A DNA stretch of 64,000 bases from Terriglobia bacterium (GCA_963695545.1 OY968796.1:3136001-3200000), one strand, 5' to 3'. Positions 50,694 through 61,411 are shown, counted from the first letter of the stretch. Notes: generated by a model not told the origin, from the sequence alone. Numbers and translations are program-made.

Positions 50694-52646
50694 CTACATT
50701 TTTTCGGGAGCTTCGATTCCAAGAATATCGAGCGCGGCGACCAGCTTCCGTTCGACCAGCGCCGCCGTATCCAGCAGAAATCGTTTTTTCGCGGAGTCTG
50801 CTTCCGAGAGAATATGGTGTTTGTGATAGAAAAGATTGAAAGCCTGCGCGAGCTGAAAACTGTATTTCGCGATGAACGCCGGCTCCTGCGCCCCCAGCGC
50901 CGCTTCGATCTGCGTTTCGAGCGAATCCGCCAGCAATACTAATTCCCACACGTCATCCTCGAGATGTTTCGTCGCGTCCCCGCGCGCGTCGGCAGTCGGC
51001 GCGTAGGCAGAAGCGTCCGGGTTCTGTTCCTCAAGCTTGCGGAAAATATTGCGGATACGCACCACCGCGTATTGGCAGTACGGCCCAGTCTCGCCCTCGA
51101 AGCTCAACGCGTCCTTGAAGTCGAACGCAATGATCGTCGAGCGCGTGAAGCGCAACAGAAAATAACGCAGCGCTCCGATGGCGACCGCGCTCGCGATTGC
51201 CGCGCGCTCGGCTTCGGGGGAATCGCCGTGGCGCGAATCGACCTCGGCGCGCGCCGCCGCTTCCAGTCGATCGAGCAAATCGTCGGCCTTCACGCCCATT
51301 CCTTTGCGTCCGCTCACCTCGACGTACGGCCGCTTCTGATCGTCATCAGAAAGCACGTAGCCCATTTCCGCCGCGCAGCGCGGCGTGAGCGCCACGATCT
51401 CGTAAGAGAAATGCGTCGAGCGATCCGCCTCGGAATCAAAACCCAGCGCGCGCAGCCCCGCCACAACCACGCGCTGCAAATATGCCTGCCGCGCGTCAAT
51501 CACGTTGTAAACCTGCGCGGCGTGGCCGAACGCCGGGTGTGCCGCCGCACCGCTCTCGGAAGTTGTCATCCAAAGCGAGCGCCCATCCGCATACCTCTCG
51601 AACGGCTGATAGTGAAAATCGCGCCCCAACAGTCCGAATTTCCAAAGCTGGTAGGCGATGTCTTTGCCCACATAGGTCACGGTTCCGTCTGAGCGCACAA
51701 TGATTTTCGCGTCGTCGTCCGAGCCCGTCGCGCCCGGCTCGTCCATGCGCATCACCCAGCATCCCGCGTTCTTTCCGCTCTCTGCCTTGTGAATTGCTTT
51801 TTTCTCCTTCAGTTGCTCGAACGCCGCGTCCCAGAATTTCAAGTGCAGGATTTCGCTTTCGCGCGGCAGCAGATCGTATTCGATTCCGAGACGCAACATC
51901 GTCTTTAGATGTGCGCGCAGAACAGCGGTTGATACGATCTCGGCCATTTTTGCCGATGGGCCGTGACCTTCTTCGATCGCCTTGAGCGCCTCGCCGCGCA
52001 GCGCCAATCGAGATTTATCTTCCTCGAAGAATTGCGTCACGCGCGCATACAAATCCCAGCAAAGATAATCGAAGCGCGGCAATTCCGTGAGCCGCCGCAC
52101 ATCATCTGCCGATTTGTGCTCAAGCCGCTCGAAGCCCACCACCACGTCGGCAACCTGCACGCCGGTGTTGTCGATGTAGTTTTGCACTTCGACGCGACGC
52201 CCCGCGCGCCGCAACAGCCGCACGAAAGTGTCGCCCAGCGCGGCATTGCGGAGATGTCCAATGTGTGCGGCCTTATTCGGATTGATATTCGTATGCTCGA
52301 CGATGGATTTCGGTGCGTCGTCGGACGCAACCGGCGCCGCCGCGGAATCAGCCAGCGTCCCAGCGAAAAACCCGCCGCGGTCGAAGAAAAAGTTCAGGTA
52401 GCCCGCGCCCGCAACTTCGACTCGCGACACGCCTTCGATTTGCCCGATCGCGCCGGCGATTTCCTGCGCTATCTGTCGGGGGGCGCGCTTCAGGCGTTTG
52501 GCAAGCTCGAACGCCAGCGGCGAGGCGAGCTCTCCCATCGCGACTTTCGGCGGCCGCTCTGTGACCGGCGCGGCGTCAACGCCGTATTTTTGCTTTACGA
52601 TATCGCGCAGCGCAGCGCGCACACGCGCTTCGAGGATGAGATACAC
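50694..52646 (-). CDS. argS: Arginine--tRNA ligase
   Basis: EHTNINPNKAAHIGHLRNA, SFEGETGPYCQYA, C-terminal PEKM. Confidence 0.97.
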   Translation of the reverse strand: MYLILEARVRAALRDIVKQKYGVDAAPVTERPPKVAMGELASPLAFELAKRLKRAPRQIAQEIAGAIGQIEGVSRVEVAGAGYLNFFFDRGGFFAGTLADSAAAPVASDDAPKSIVEHTNINPNKAAHIGHLRNAALGDTFVRLLRRAGRRVEVQNYIDNTGVQVADVVVGFERLEHKSADDVRRLTELPRFDYLCWDLYARVTQFFEEDKSRLALRGEALKAIEEGHGPSAKMAEIVSTAVLRAHLKTMLRLGIEYDLLPRESEILHLKFWDAAFEQLKEKKAIHKAESGKNAGCWVMRMDEPGATGSDDDAKIIVRSDGTVTYVGKDIAYQLWKFGLLGRDFHYQPFERYADGRSLWMTTSESGAAAHPAFGHAAQVYNVIDARQAYLQRVVVAGLRALGFDSEADRSTHFSYEIVALTPRCAAEMGYVLSDDDQKRPYVEVSGRKGMGVKADDLLDRLEAAARAEVDSRHGDSPEAERAAIASAVAIGALRYFLLRFTRSTIIAFDFKDALSFEGETGPYCQYAVVRIRNIFRKLEEQNPDASAYAPTADARGDATKHLEDDVWELVLLADSLETQIEAALGAQEPAFIAKYSFQLAQAFNLFYHKHHILSEADSAKKRFLLDTAALVERKLVAALDILGIEAPEKM

Positions 52647-52676
52647 AAGTCTCCGGTCGGGAAAAAGAGAATTTCG

Positions 52677-52705
52677 ATTATAGGTAACGCGCTCCGTCCA
52701 GTCAA
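52677..52705 (-). promoter_or_regulatory. Sigma70 promoter for argS
   Basis: TTGACT-17 nt-TATAAT on the minus strand. Confidence 0.75.
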
Positions 52706-52741
52706 AGCGCGCGCATGTCGCGCCGGATTCTGGTGCGCGAT

Positions 52742-52770
52742 TTGACAGCGCTCCACGCGCCGCTTAGTAT
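52742..52770 (+). promoter_or_regulatory. Sigma70 promoter for metG
   Basis: TTGACA-17 nt-TAGTAT. Confidence 0.7.
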
Positions 52771-52845
52771 CGTTTGTTTAGAATCACGCGCTTAGGTTCT
52801 CTGTGCGCGCGTCCCGCCGCGGCGGGCGCGGTTTCCTCTCAACCC

Positions 52846-54888
52846 ATGAGCCCGAATCCGGCCACGCCGAAATTTTACATCACGACGCCGATCTACTACG
52901 TGAACGCGCGGCCGCATCTGGGCCACAGCTACACGACGATCGTGGCGGACACCATCGCGCGTTACAAACGTATGCAGGGCTACGACGTCGTGCTGCTCAG
53001 CGGCACGGACGAGCATGGACAAAAAGTCGAGCGGTCCGCGCGCGCCGCGGGCGTTGAGCCGCAGCAATTTGTCGATACGATTTCCGCCGAGTACCGCGAA
53101 TTGTGGCAGCAGCTCGGCCTCGGAATCGATCGCTTCGTGCGCACCACGGAACTCCGCCACGCGCACGCCGTGCAACTGCTTTTCCGCCGAATTCAGGCCA
53201 ACGGCTGGATTTACAAAGGGCACTACGAAGGAAATTACTGCGTCTACGACGAGATGTACGTGGAAGATCCCACGCCCGGAGTTCCGTGCCCCGAGTGTGG
53301 CCGCCCGACCGAGCGCATTCGCGAAGAGAATTATTTTTTCAAGTTGAAGGATTTTCAGCAGCGCCTCCTCGCGCATTACGCGGCGCATCCGGATTTCATT
53401 CAGCCCGAAACGCGGCGCAACGAAGTGCTTTCTTTCGTGCAAGGCGGATTGCGCGACCTTTCGATCAGCCGCACCACTCTCAAGTGGGGAATCCCGTGGC
53501 CGGGCGATGAAAAGCACGTGTACTACGTTTGGTCCGATGCGCTCACGAGCTACCTGACGGGAATCGGCTTCGCCGACAATCCCACCGAATTTGCGCGTTT
53601 GTGGCCCGCCGATTTGCACCTGATCGGCAAAGAAATTCTGCGATTCCACGCCGTTTTCTGGCCGGCTTTTCTGATGGCTGCGGGCGAGCCGCTGCCAAAG
53701 CAGTTGTTCGCGCACGGCTGGTGGCTGTTCGACCAGGAAAAAATGTCGAAGTCGCGCGGCAACGTGCGCAGGCCGCAGCCGATCGTCGCCGTGCTGGGCG
53801 TCGACGCGCTGCGATATTTTCTGCTGCGCGAAATGGTTTTCGGCCAGGACGGCAATTTCAGTTACGACGCGCTGATCACGCGCTACAACGCCGATCTCGC
53901 CAACGGTCTCGGCAATCTCGCCAGCCGAGTTTTGACGATGATCGAGCGCAATCTCGGCGGCAAAGTGCCATGGTTCGATCAAGGAACTATTTTGACCGGC
54001 CAGTCCGGAACGGCCGAAGGTTTCGACGACGAGAATTTGGCGGAAATCGCCAAGCTCTATGAGAGCTATAAGTTTTCGCAAGCGCTCGAAAAGATCTGGG
54101 GCTTGATCGCCGCGTGGGACAAATATTTGGCCGCGGAAAAGCCGTGGACCTACGCCGAAGATCCGAGCCAGCGCGAACGATTGGAGCGTACTCTCTCCAC
54201 GGCAGCTGAGGCGCTGCGGATAATTTCGATTCTCGCGCATCCCGTGCTGCCGAACGCGACGCAGAAAATCTGGCAGCAACTCGGAAGGCGCGAGCGCCTT
54301 GAAGACCAACGCATCGATCAAGTGAAATGGGGAACAGCGCCGGGAGAAACACGCATCGGCAAGCTCGAATCGATTTTTCCGCGCGTAGACCGAGCGCAGG
54401 CCATCGAAAGGATGGAAGCTATGGAACAGGATCCGCAACACAAACCCGCCGCCGCTGCCGCGAGCGGTGAAGGCACTTCTGCAACTGCGCCCGCCGCGGC
54501 GGGAACTCCCGCGCCGGCCGGCGCGCCAAGCACTTCGCCCGCGGCGACCACCGCGCCGGCGAAGATCGGCATCGAAGATTTTGCCAAGGTCGAGCTTCGC
54601 GTGGGCCAGATCAAAAGTGCCGAGCGTGTGCCGAAGGCCGATAAGCTGCTCATGCTGATGGTGGACATCGGCGATGAAGTGCGCCAGATCGTCGCCGGCA
54701 TCGCGACAGCGTACGAGCCGGAGAAATTGATCGGCCGCAAGGTGATCGTGGTCGTCAATTTGCAGCCGCGAAAATTGCGCGGCGTGGAATCGAACGGCAT
54801 GATCGTCGCCGCGTCCGCCGGACCGGACGGCGCTCCGGTGCTAGCTGGATTCCTCGAAGATGTTCCCGTTGGCGCGCGATTGAAATAG
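52846..54888 (+). CDS. metG: Methionine--tRNA ligase with C-terminal tRNA-binding domain
   Basis: YITTPIYY, HLGH, GTDEHG, KMSKS, NLQPRKLRGVESNGM. Confidence 0.97.
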   Translation: MSPNPATPKFYITTPIYYVNARPHLGHSYTTIVADTIARYKRMQGYDVVLLSGTDEHGQKVERSARAAGVEPQQFVDTISAEYRELWQQLGLGIDRFVRTTELRHAHAVQLLFRRIQANGWIYKGHYEGNYCVYDEMYVEDPTPGVPCPECGRPTERIREENYFFKLKDFQQRLLAHYAAHPDFIQPETRRNEVLSFVQGGLRDLSISRTTLKWGIPWPGDEKHVYYVWSDALTSYLTGIGFADNPTEFARLWPADLHLIGKEILRFHAVFWPAFLMAAGEPLPKQLFAHGWWLFDQEKMSKSRGNVRRPQPIVAVLGVDALRYFLLREMVFGQDGNFSYDALITRYNADLANGLGNLASRVLTMIERNLGGKVPWFDQGTILTGQSGTAEGFDDENLAEIAKLYESYKFSQALEKIWGLIAAWDKYLAAEKPWTYAEDPSQRERLERTLSTAAEALRIISILAHPVLPNATQKIWQQLGRRERLEDQRIDQVKWGTAPGETRIGKLESIFPRVDRAQAIERMEAMEQDPQHKPAAAAASGEGTSATAPAAAGTPAPAGAPSTSPAATTAPAKIGIEDFAKVELRVGQIKSAERVPKADKLLMLMVDIGDEVRQIVAGIATAYEPEKLIGRKVIVVVNLQPRKLRGVESNGMIVAASAGPDGAPVLAGFLEDVPVGARLK

Positions 54889-54924
54889 CGTCGTTCGCTG
54901 CCGAGCTGTGCTGCAGGACGCACT

Positions 54925-55782
54925 GTGGAATCGCCGCAAGAGACAAAAATCGAGTTGATCGATTCGCACGCGCATCTCGACGCCTCGGAATATGACGTCG
55001 ATCGCGCCGCCATGCTCGAACGCGCGCGGGCGGCCGGCGTCTCCACCATTTTGACGGTCGGCATCGGCGAGACGCTCGATCAAATTCGCGGCGCGATCGC
55101 GCTCGCCGAGCAGCATGATTGGATTTTCGCTGCCGCGGGATTTCATCCGCACGATGCGGCGCACGCGGACCAAACGAAACTTGCGGCTTTGGCCGAATTG
55201 GTGCGCTCCCCGCGCGTGCTGGCGTGGGGAGAAATTGGCCTCGATTATCATTACGATCATCCTCCGCGCGACGTTCAAGCGCGCGTCTTCGCGCGACAAC
55301 TTGAACTCGCCCGCGCGGCGAAACTGCCGGTGATCATCCATTGCCGCGAGGCCTGGCAGGATTGTCTGGATATTCTCGATCGCGATTGGCGCTCGTCGGG
55401 CCTGGGCGGAATTCTGCATTGTTTCTCCGGAACCCTCGCGGACGCGCGGCGCGGAATCGAAATGGGTTTTCTGATCTCGTTCGCCGGCAACGTGACGTTT
55501 CCGAAGTCGCAGGCGCTGCGCGACGCCGCGCGCGAACTGCCGCTCGCCTCGCTGCTGATCGAAACCGATTCGCCGTATCTTGCGCCGCCGCCGCACCGCG
55601 GCCGGCGCAACGAGCCGGCCTTCGTGGCCGAAGTAGCGCGAACCTTGGCAACTGTGAGAGACTTGCCCGTGTCCGAAGTTGCCGCCGCCACGGCGGACAA
55701 TTTCAGGCGCCTGTTTGAGTTCATCGGGGATTCCATCGGCCGGGCGCCGCGGGCTGAGCGGAGAGAGCCATCGCAATTCTGA
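54925..55782 (+). CDS. tatD: TatD-family hydrolase
   Basis: DSHAH, GEIGLDY, IHCRE, ETDSPY. Confidence 0.94.
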   Translation: MESPQETKIELIDSHAHLDASEYDVDRAAMLERARAAGVSTILTVGIGETLDQIRGAIALAEQHDWIFAAAGFHPHDAAHADQTKLAALAELVRSPRVLAWGEIGLDYHYDHPPRDVQARVFARQLELARAAKLPVIIHCREAWQDCLDILDRDWRSSGLGGILHCFSGTLADARRGIEMGFLISFAGNVTFPKSQALRDAARELPLASLLIETDSPYLAPPPHRGRRNEPAFVAEVARTLATVRDLPVSEVAAATADNFRRLFEFIGDSIGRAPRAERREPSQF

Positions 55783-56753
55783 CTGCCAAAGAGATTTTCG
55801 ATTTGGTGCGCGACGACCTCGGGCGCGTTGAGGCGGAGCTTGCGATTCAGAACGCTTCCGCGATCGAGCCAGTTTCGGAAATTACGAGTTACCTGATGGG
55901 CGGCGGCGGGAAGCGGCTGCGGCCGGCTCTGTTGCTGCTGACCGCGGGCTACGCCGGCTACAACGGACCGAGCGCGATCAAGCTCGGCGCGGTTGTGGAG
56001 CTGATTCATTCCGCTACTTTGATTCACGACGACGTGATCGACGGCGCAGACACGCGGCGCGGACGTCCTTCGGCGAATTCGCGATGGGGCAATCATCGCA
56101 GCGTGCTGGCGGGCGATTGGTTGTACATGCAATCGTTCCAGATGGCGCTGGGCGAGCGCAATTTCAAGGTGCTCGACATTCTGATCGAGCTGACGCAGAA
56201 CATGGTGGAAGGCGAGCTGCTGCAACTTTCCAAACTCGGGCGCATGGATTTGGGGCCGGACGATGCGCTGGAACTCGCGGCGCGCAAAACCGCTTGCTTG
56301 TTCAGTGGCTGCGCGAGACTTGGCGCGGTGCTGGGACAATTGGACGACGACGGCGAACAGGCGCTGGCTGAATATGGACGCTGCGCGGGCCTGGCGTTTC
56401 AGATGGTTGACGATCTTCTGGATTTCACGGCGTCGCCGGAGCGCTTGGGCAAGCCGGTGCTGAGCGATTTGAAAGAAGGCAAGGTTACGCTGCCGCTGAT
56501 TTTTGCGATGGACAATGGACATTCCGAAGGGCGCCGCCTGGTGGCGAAGGTTCTCGAAGAGGGCGGATTTACGAGCGTGCGTCCGGAAGAAATCACGGCG
56601 CTGGTGCGCGATTCCGGAGCGCTCGATCGCGCGCGGCAATTGGCCGGAGATTACGCGGCGCGCGCCAAGGCTTGCTTGAACGGCAGCGCACGCGGAGATT
56701 TCGGGCGCGCATTGCTCGCAGTGCCGGATTTTATTCTCGACCGCGACAACTAA
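55770..56753 (+). CDS. Polyprenyl diphosphate synthase (start possibly ATC 55770; otherwise TTG 55803)
   Basis: GGKRLRP, HDDVID, RRG, FQMVDD. Confidence 0.93.
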   Translation: MAILTAKEIFDLVRDDLGRVEAELAIQNASAIEPVSEITSYLMGGGGKRLRPALLLLTAGYAGYNGPSAIKLGAVVELIHSATLIHDDVIDGADTRRGRPSANSRWGNHRSVLAGDWLYMQSFQMALGERNFKVLDILIELTQNMVEGELLQLSKLGRMDLGPDDALELAARKTACLFSGCARLGAVLGQLDDDGEQALAEYGRCAGLAFQMVDDLLDFTASPERLGKPVLSDLKEGKVTLPLIFAMDNGHSEGRRLVAKVLEEGGFTSVRPEEITALVRDSGALDRARQLAGDYAARAKACLNGSARGDFGRALLAVPDFILDRDN

Positions 56754-56795
56754 GCGGGACCGCGCGGTTGCGCGCACGCCGCCGATTTGACTTCG

Positions 56796-57725
56796 ATGCT
56801 TCCGTTTCGCGTGGTCTACCACAACGATTACGATTTGAATTTGGGCGCGCACGTTTTCCCATCGCAGAAATTCCGATTGATTCGCGATGCGTTGCTGGCC
56901 GACGGCGTGGCGGGCGCGGAAGATTTTCTGATTCCCGAGCCGGCTCGCGACGCCGACGTCTTGCGCGTGCACACCGAAGCCTGGGTGAGCAAACTGCGCG
57001 ACGACAAATTGACGCTTACCGATCGCATGCGCCTTGAGATTCCGTATTCGGCCGAAACCGTGCGCGCGTTCTGGCTGGCGGCGGGCGGCTCGATTCTTGC
57101 GGGCCAGCGCGCGCTCGAAAATGGTTTCGCGTCCAACCTCACCGGAGGATTCCATCATGCCTACGCGAATCACGGCGAAGGATTCTGCATGATTCACGAT
57201 GTGGCGATCGCGATCCGGCGCTTGCAGGCGGACGGCGCGATTCAAATGGCGATGGTGGTCGATACCGACGTGCATCAGGGAAATGGAACGGCGGCGATTT
57301 TCTCGGGCGACCCGAGCGTGTTCACACTTTCGATTCATCAAGAGAATAACTATCCGGTGCCGAAGGAATTCTCCGATCTCGATATCGGTTTGGACGATCG
57401 AACCGGCGACGACGAGTATCTGCAGCGCCTGGAAAAAGGACTCGGTGCCTCGCTCGAGAAAGTTCAGCCGGACATCGCGTTTTACGTGGGCGGCGCCGAT
57501 CCTTACCGGGAAGATCAGTTGGGCGGCTTGGCGCTGACGATCGAAGGACTCGCGGCGCGCGATCGAATGGTGTTCGAGCACCTGCGGAAGCGCGGCGTGC
57601 CGATCGCGATGACACTTGCGGGCGGTTATGCGCGGCGCGTGGAAGACACGGTGCGCATTCACGTGAACGCGATTCGCGTGGCGGCGGAAATCGCGCGCGG
57701 CGAATCGCGAGCCGCACCGGCCTAA
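56796..57725 (+). CDS. Histone deacetylase-family protein
   Basis: GGFHHA, GFC, DVHQGNGT, GADP, GGY. Confidence 0.94.
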   Translation: MLPFRVVYHNDYDLNLGAHVFPSQKFRLIRDALLADGVAGAEDFLIPEPARDADVLRVHTEAWVSKLRDDKLTLTDRMRLEIPYSAETVRAFWLAAGGSILAGQRALENGFASNLTGGFHHAYANHGEGFCMIHDVAIAIRRLQADGAIQMAMVVDTDVHQGNGTAAIFSGDPSVFTLSIHQENNYPVPKEFSDLDIGLDDRTGDDEYLQRLEKGLGASLEKVQPDIAFYVGGADPYREDQLGGLALTIEGLAARDRMVFEHLRKRGVPIAMTLAGGYARRVEDTVRIHVNAIRVAAEIARGESRAAPA

Positions 57726-57764
57726 TTCATTCGAGAACATCATGGCGAATCTCCGTGCGCGCGA

Positions 57765-59267
57765 CTAAGGTGTTGCGGCGAGCGTTTTATCGACAGCGGT
57801 TTTTAGTTGGGAGACGGAACTATCGGGATCGAATCCATCGGCGCGATAGGCGATCTTGCCGGTGCGATCGAGAATCATGAGCGTGGGCAGATCTTTCACG
57901 GCGAGCAGATTGTCCAATCCATCCGCAAAGACCACGTTGCCGGCCATGTGCACATGTTGCAGAAACGGTTCGACGCGCGTGGCGTCTTCGTCCGTGTTGA
58001 CGGACAAAAAGACCACGTCGGTTCGGCCGGCATAATCCTGCTGCAATTTGCCGATTCGCGGATCGAGTTCGCGGCACGGCGTGCACCAGGTGGCCCAGAA
58101 CGAGAGCACAACCACTTTGCCCTTGGCGCTCTGCATCTGGAACGGCGCGGTGCCGTCGGGGCGGCTTAAAACGAACGCGAGAGGTTCCTTGATGCCGTCG
58201 TTGGGCGCGGGCGTCGCGGCGGGTTTCGCTACGGTCGCGTCTTCGTCGTAAGCCTGAAGCAGGCGCTCGCCCAAGCCGGCGTCACTGCCATGCTGGATGC
58301 GCCAGAGATTGCCGAGCTTCTTGCGCAGCACGGCGCGATCGACGGTGGCATCGTCCTGATCGGGAAGAACGAATGCCAGGGCGTATTCGCGAATGGCTTC
58401 ATCGGGATGCTGCTGGATTTCGGCGAGCTCGCCGAGGTGCATCGCGGCTGTGGGATTTGGAAGGATCTGGAATGCGGCGTCGAAATCTTTTTTGGCGTCG
58501 TCGTATTTGAGAGCGTCCATTTCCAATCGCCCGCGTAAAACGAGGACCGTGACTTCGGCTTTTTTCTTGCTGGTTTCCCAATCTTCGGGCGACTCCTGAT
58601 CCGAGCGCTGATCGGGAGTGGCTTGCTGGATTTGCGCGAGGACGCGCGAAGCGTAGTCGGTGGCGCGTTCGAGGCTTTCGGGATCGCCCTTTTGTTCAAG
58701 CATTCCGGCGGCCATGAGCATGATCTGGGCGTCGGTGGGATCGATGGAGATCAGACGCTCAGCGTAGTCGAGGGCCTTGGTGGGATCCTGGATTTGCAGT
58801 GAGGCCTCGACGAGCGCGCGGTAAATTTCAGGTTTGCGCGGCGCGTCGGGGAATTTCACGAGGTAGGCTTCGAGATTGCGAACCAAAGCGGCGCTGTCAT
58901 TATTTGCGCTCTCGACGGCTTGCTGAAGTTCGGCCTCGGGATCGGGCGGTTTGGGAGCGGTCGCGGCAGGCGGCGTTTTTTGCTGCGCGGCGGGAGTGCC
59001 TGCGCTCGTCGCGGGCTTGGCCGCAGGTTTAGCGGCTGGTTTAGCGGGCGCCTTGGCGGCGGGCTTGGCTGTCGCCGCGGGCGTTGTTGCCGGCGCGCCG
59101 GGCGCGGAGGCGGGTGCCGCAGGGGCGGTCGACGTCGCGGGCGGCGCGGTTTGAGGCGCGGGAGTCTGTGAGGACTGCCGCGCGGAGAGCGACCCGGAGG
59201 CGAACGCGAACGCGAGCAGCGAGCAGACGGCCAACAATTTCGATGTGACGCTAATTTTCATTTTCAT
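57765..59267 (-). CDS. Exported TPR + TlpA-type thioredoxin protein
   Basis: Signal peptide, Pro/Ala linker, helical repeats, FWATWCTPC. Confidence 0.88.
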   Translation of the reverse strand: MKMKISVTSKLLAVCSLLAFAFASGSLSARQSSQTPAPQTAPPATSTAPAAPASAPGAPATTPAATAKPAAKAPAKPAAKPAAKPATSAGTPAAQQKTPPAATAPKPPDPEAELQQAVESANNDSAALVRNLEAYLVKFPDAPRKPEIYRALVEASLQIQDPTKALDYAERLISIDPTDAQIMLMAAGMLEQKGDPESLERATDYASRVLAQIQQATPDQRSDQESPEDWETSKKKAEVTVLVLRGRLEMDALKYDDAKKDFDAAFQILPNPTAAMHLGELAEIQQHPDEAIREYALAFVLPDQDDATVDRAVLRKKLGNLWRIQHGSDAGLGERLLQAYDEDATVAKPAATPAPNDGIKEPLAFVLSRPDGTAPFQMQSAKGKVVVLSFWATWCTPCRELDPRIGKLQQDYAGRTDVVFLSVNTDEDATRVEPFLQHVHMAGNVVFADGLDNLLAVKDLPTLMILDRTGKIAYRADGFDPDSSVSQLKTAVDKTLAATP

Positions 59268-59316
59268 CTCGTTTGTTTTGATTTCTTCGCCATTGTATCC
59301 CGTTCGGGTGAGGGAG

Positions 59317-60633
59317 CTACCTGAAATCCAGAAGCACGTCGGCCATGTGCGTGGAGGTGTTGGGGCGCACCCAGTGGCCGCATTCGGAATAGTGCACGGG
59401 CAGATCGCCGAAGATTTCGGGCGTGGGCTTTTGGAGTTCGGCGATGAATTGGTCGACGTAGACGGAATCGAAAATCTGGGCCGGCGAAAGATGGAACGCG
59501 GCGCGCACGCGGCTTTCGCCGTCGAGCGAAAGGCCGGTGATCACCAAGTCTCCCATGCGGTAGAGCGGACCTTCGTCGATCGCGACTTTGTAGGTGACGA
59601 CAGCGCTTGCGTCGTCGATGGCCTCCTGCGGCGTGACTTTCGCGTCCAGGCGGCCTTGACGGCCGTAGGCTTGCTCGACCTTGTCCCATCCGGCCGCGAT
59701 CTGCATTCCATCGGCGATATCGCTGGGTTTCAGGCTGATCATGGCGTTGAGCGCGGCGGCATCCATGACCGTGTTGCCGCTCCACTGCGCGCCGCCCCAG
59801 CGATAGACGGCGCCGGGATCGATAGGCAGAGTTACGGTGACTTGCGCGGGCGACGGGCCATTGGGATCGCCCTGGAATTTCACGACCGGCGCGGCGAACT
59901 GCACGCGAAGATGTCCGGTGGACAAATAGACGGGACGGACTTGCTCGAGTTCAAACAGCTCGATGGTCATGCGCGAGTAGGGCTTGCCGATGATGTCCGC
60001 CAGGCTTTGATGCACGTGCACGTCGGCTGAGGCCGCGGGATCACCGAATTGAATTGATGCGACGTTCACGCTATCGCCTTCGACGTGGAACTCGATCATT
60101 TTCCCGTCGGAGAGCGGATCCTGGATGAGATCGCGATCGACGACTGCGTGGACGCCACGGCTCGGCAGCAAGGCTTCGAGCGCGGCGGTCATTTGATCGA
60201 GGATCGTGCCGTCCTGGGGCGCAGTGCCATCGAAGAGGCCCACGGCGCTTTTTAGCGCCGCAGTGAGTTCATCGTCGGTGAACCACGGAATGTTGTCGAA
60301 TTCGACCGGGACGGTTGGCGCGTCTACCACGACAAACTCGAGGGCCACGCCGGCGGGCGACGATTTGAAGCGGTAGTTGACTTGAGAGAAAGCGCCGAGC
60401 TCGGCGAGTTTGTCAGCGGCGGCTTGCATGTCGTCGCGGCCGACTTGCTGGCCGATCGTGAGGCCGCTCACGGCGGCGATTTGATCGGAAGGATAGCGCT
60501 TTGTGCCGGTGACGGTGATGGCGGTGAGCTTCGCGGTGGCTTCGGGAGTGGATTGCTGCGCGGGCGCTTGCGGCAGGAGGGGACCAGCCATGGCCGCGGC
60601 GAGAAAAGTGACGATGATGAAGCGAAACGGCAC
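59317..60633 (-). CDS. POTRA-repeat protein (no barrel domain)
   Basis: Signal peptide; repeated beta-alpha-alpha-beta-beta units ending I(D/E)xGxxYR; start GTG 60633 or ATG 60642. Confidence 0.8.
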   Translation of the reverse strand: MPFRFIIVTFLAAAMAGPLLPQAPAQQSTPEATAKLTAITVTGTKRYPSDQIAAVSGLTIGQQVGRDDMQAAADKLAELGAFSQVNYRFKSSPAGVALEFVVVDAPTVPVEFDNIPWFTDDELTAALKSAVGLFDGTAPQDGTILDQMTAALEALLPSRGVHAVVDRDLIQDPLSDGKMIEFHVEGDSVNVASIQFGDPAASADVHVHQSLADIIGKPYSRMTIELFELEQVRPVYLSTGHLRVQFAAPVVKFQGDPNGPSPAQVTVTLPIDPGAVYRWGGAQWSGNTVMDAAALNAMISLKPSDIADGMQIAAGWDKVEQAYGRQGRLDAKVTPQEAIDDASAVVTYKVAIDEGPLYRMGDLVITGLSLDGESRVRAAFHLSPAQIFDSVYVDQFIAELQKPTPEIFGDLPVHYSECGHWVRPNTSTHMADVLLDFR

Positions 60634-61192
60634 GGGGCACATTGTACCCGGATATTGCATGTGCGTCTTGGGCAGGCATTCCTTGGGACAGGCTGAGCGT
60701 TGGCGTATCCCGATTATCGCAAGCGACTGAATGGAGGGGTTTTGGTGGCGAAACCTCAAGTGACGCTTCAGACGTCGGGCAGCGCGGGGTATATACACCC
60801 CGGGTATGTTTTGCGTAAGAGTGGCAAACAAAGGAGTTCCAAGAGAAGAGTGCGCATGAGTGTGAAAACAGGCGCGTTGAAATTGAACTGGTTCAATGAG
60901 ATGCGCACTCTTTGGGAGGAGTGCGGAAACGTTTGAAATGAAATGATTTGCGGGGGCGTTTTTTGCGCACTGATGTGTTTGATGATGCGGGAAATTTGTG
61001 CGCGAGAGCGGGGCGAGGCGGGATTTTGGCGTCGAGGATGTGCGATTGCGAGTCACACGGGAGCATAACATGGTGAATACTAGTGTGTCAACAGGAATCT
61101 ATGGGTTATTCGAATAGAATGGGTAGAAAAGTGGCGGGGATTGTTGCGCGCCTGGATTTGCGGGAGGATTCGAATTAAACGCGGGTGGAAAG

Positions 61193-61296
61193 AATGTGTC
61201 GCCCCTACGGGGCTCAAAACAATTGAGAAAATTATTTTGGGGCTTCGTTACCCAGGGCTTACGCCCTGGGCTAAAATGTGCCGCCCCTACGGGGCT
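61193..61296. repeat. Composite REP-like element
   Basis: Direct repeats AATGTG(T/C)CGCCCCTACGGGGCT at 61193-61214 and 61275-61296 flanking the hairpin CCCAGGGC-ttac-GCCCTGGG. Confidence 0.75.
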
Positions 61297-61411
61297 GGTT
61301 GGGAGTGGCCTTGTTGATTGCGCGACGGGTGTCCCGTCGGACGTTCGAAACTGATCGGACCAGAAGGTCGATCATCCCCGGATTCGCGACGTCGGCCGGA
61401 TGAGGCAACAC

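Noticed and set aside
52792..57743. Long minus-strand ORFs (549 aa and 822 aa) and similar antisense ORFs elsewhere
   Set aside because: Shadow ORFs of high-GC genes (metG, tatD, polyprenyl synthase, HDAC) with no motifs of their own.
58950..59165. Tandem-like repeats in the TlpA gene (also in metG, secretin and OmpA)
   Set aside because: Low-complexity Pro/Ala/Lys linker coding, not DNA-level repeat elements.
60634..61071. N-terminal extension of the 584-aa POTRA ORF
   Set aside because: Atypical composition; the signal peptide and a -10 box point to a start near 60633-60642.
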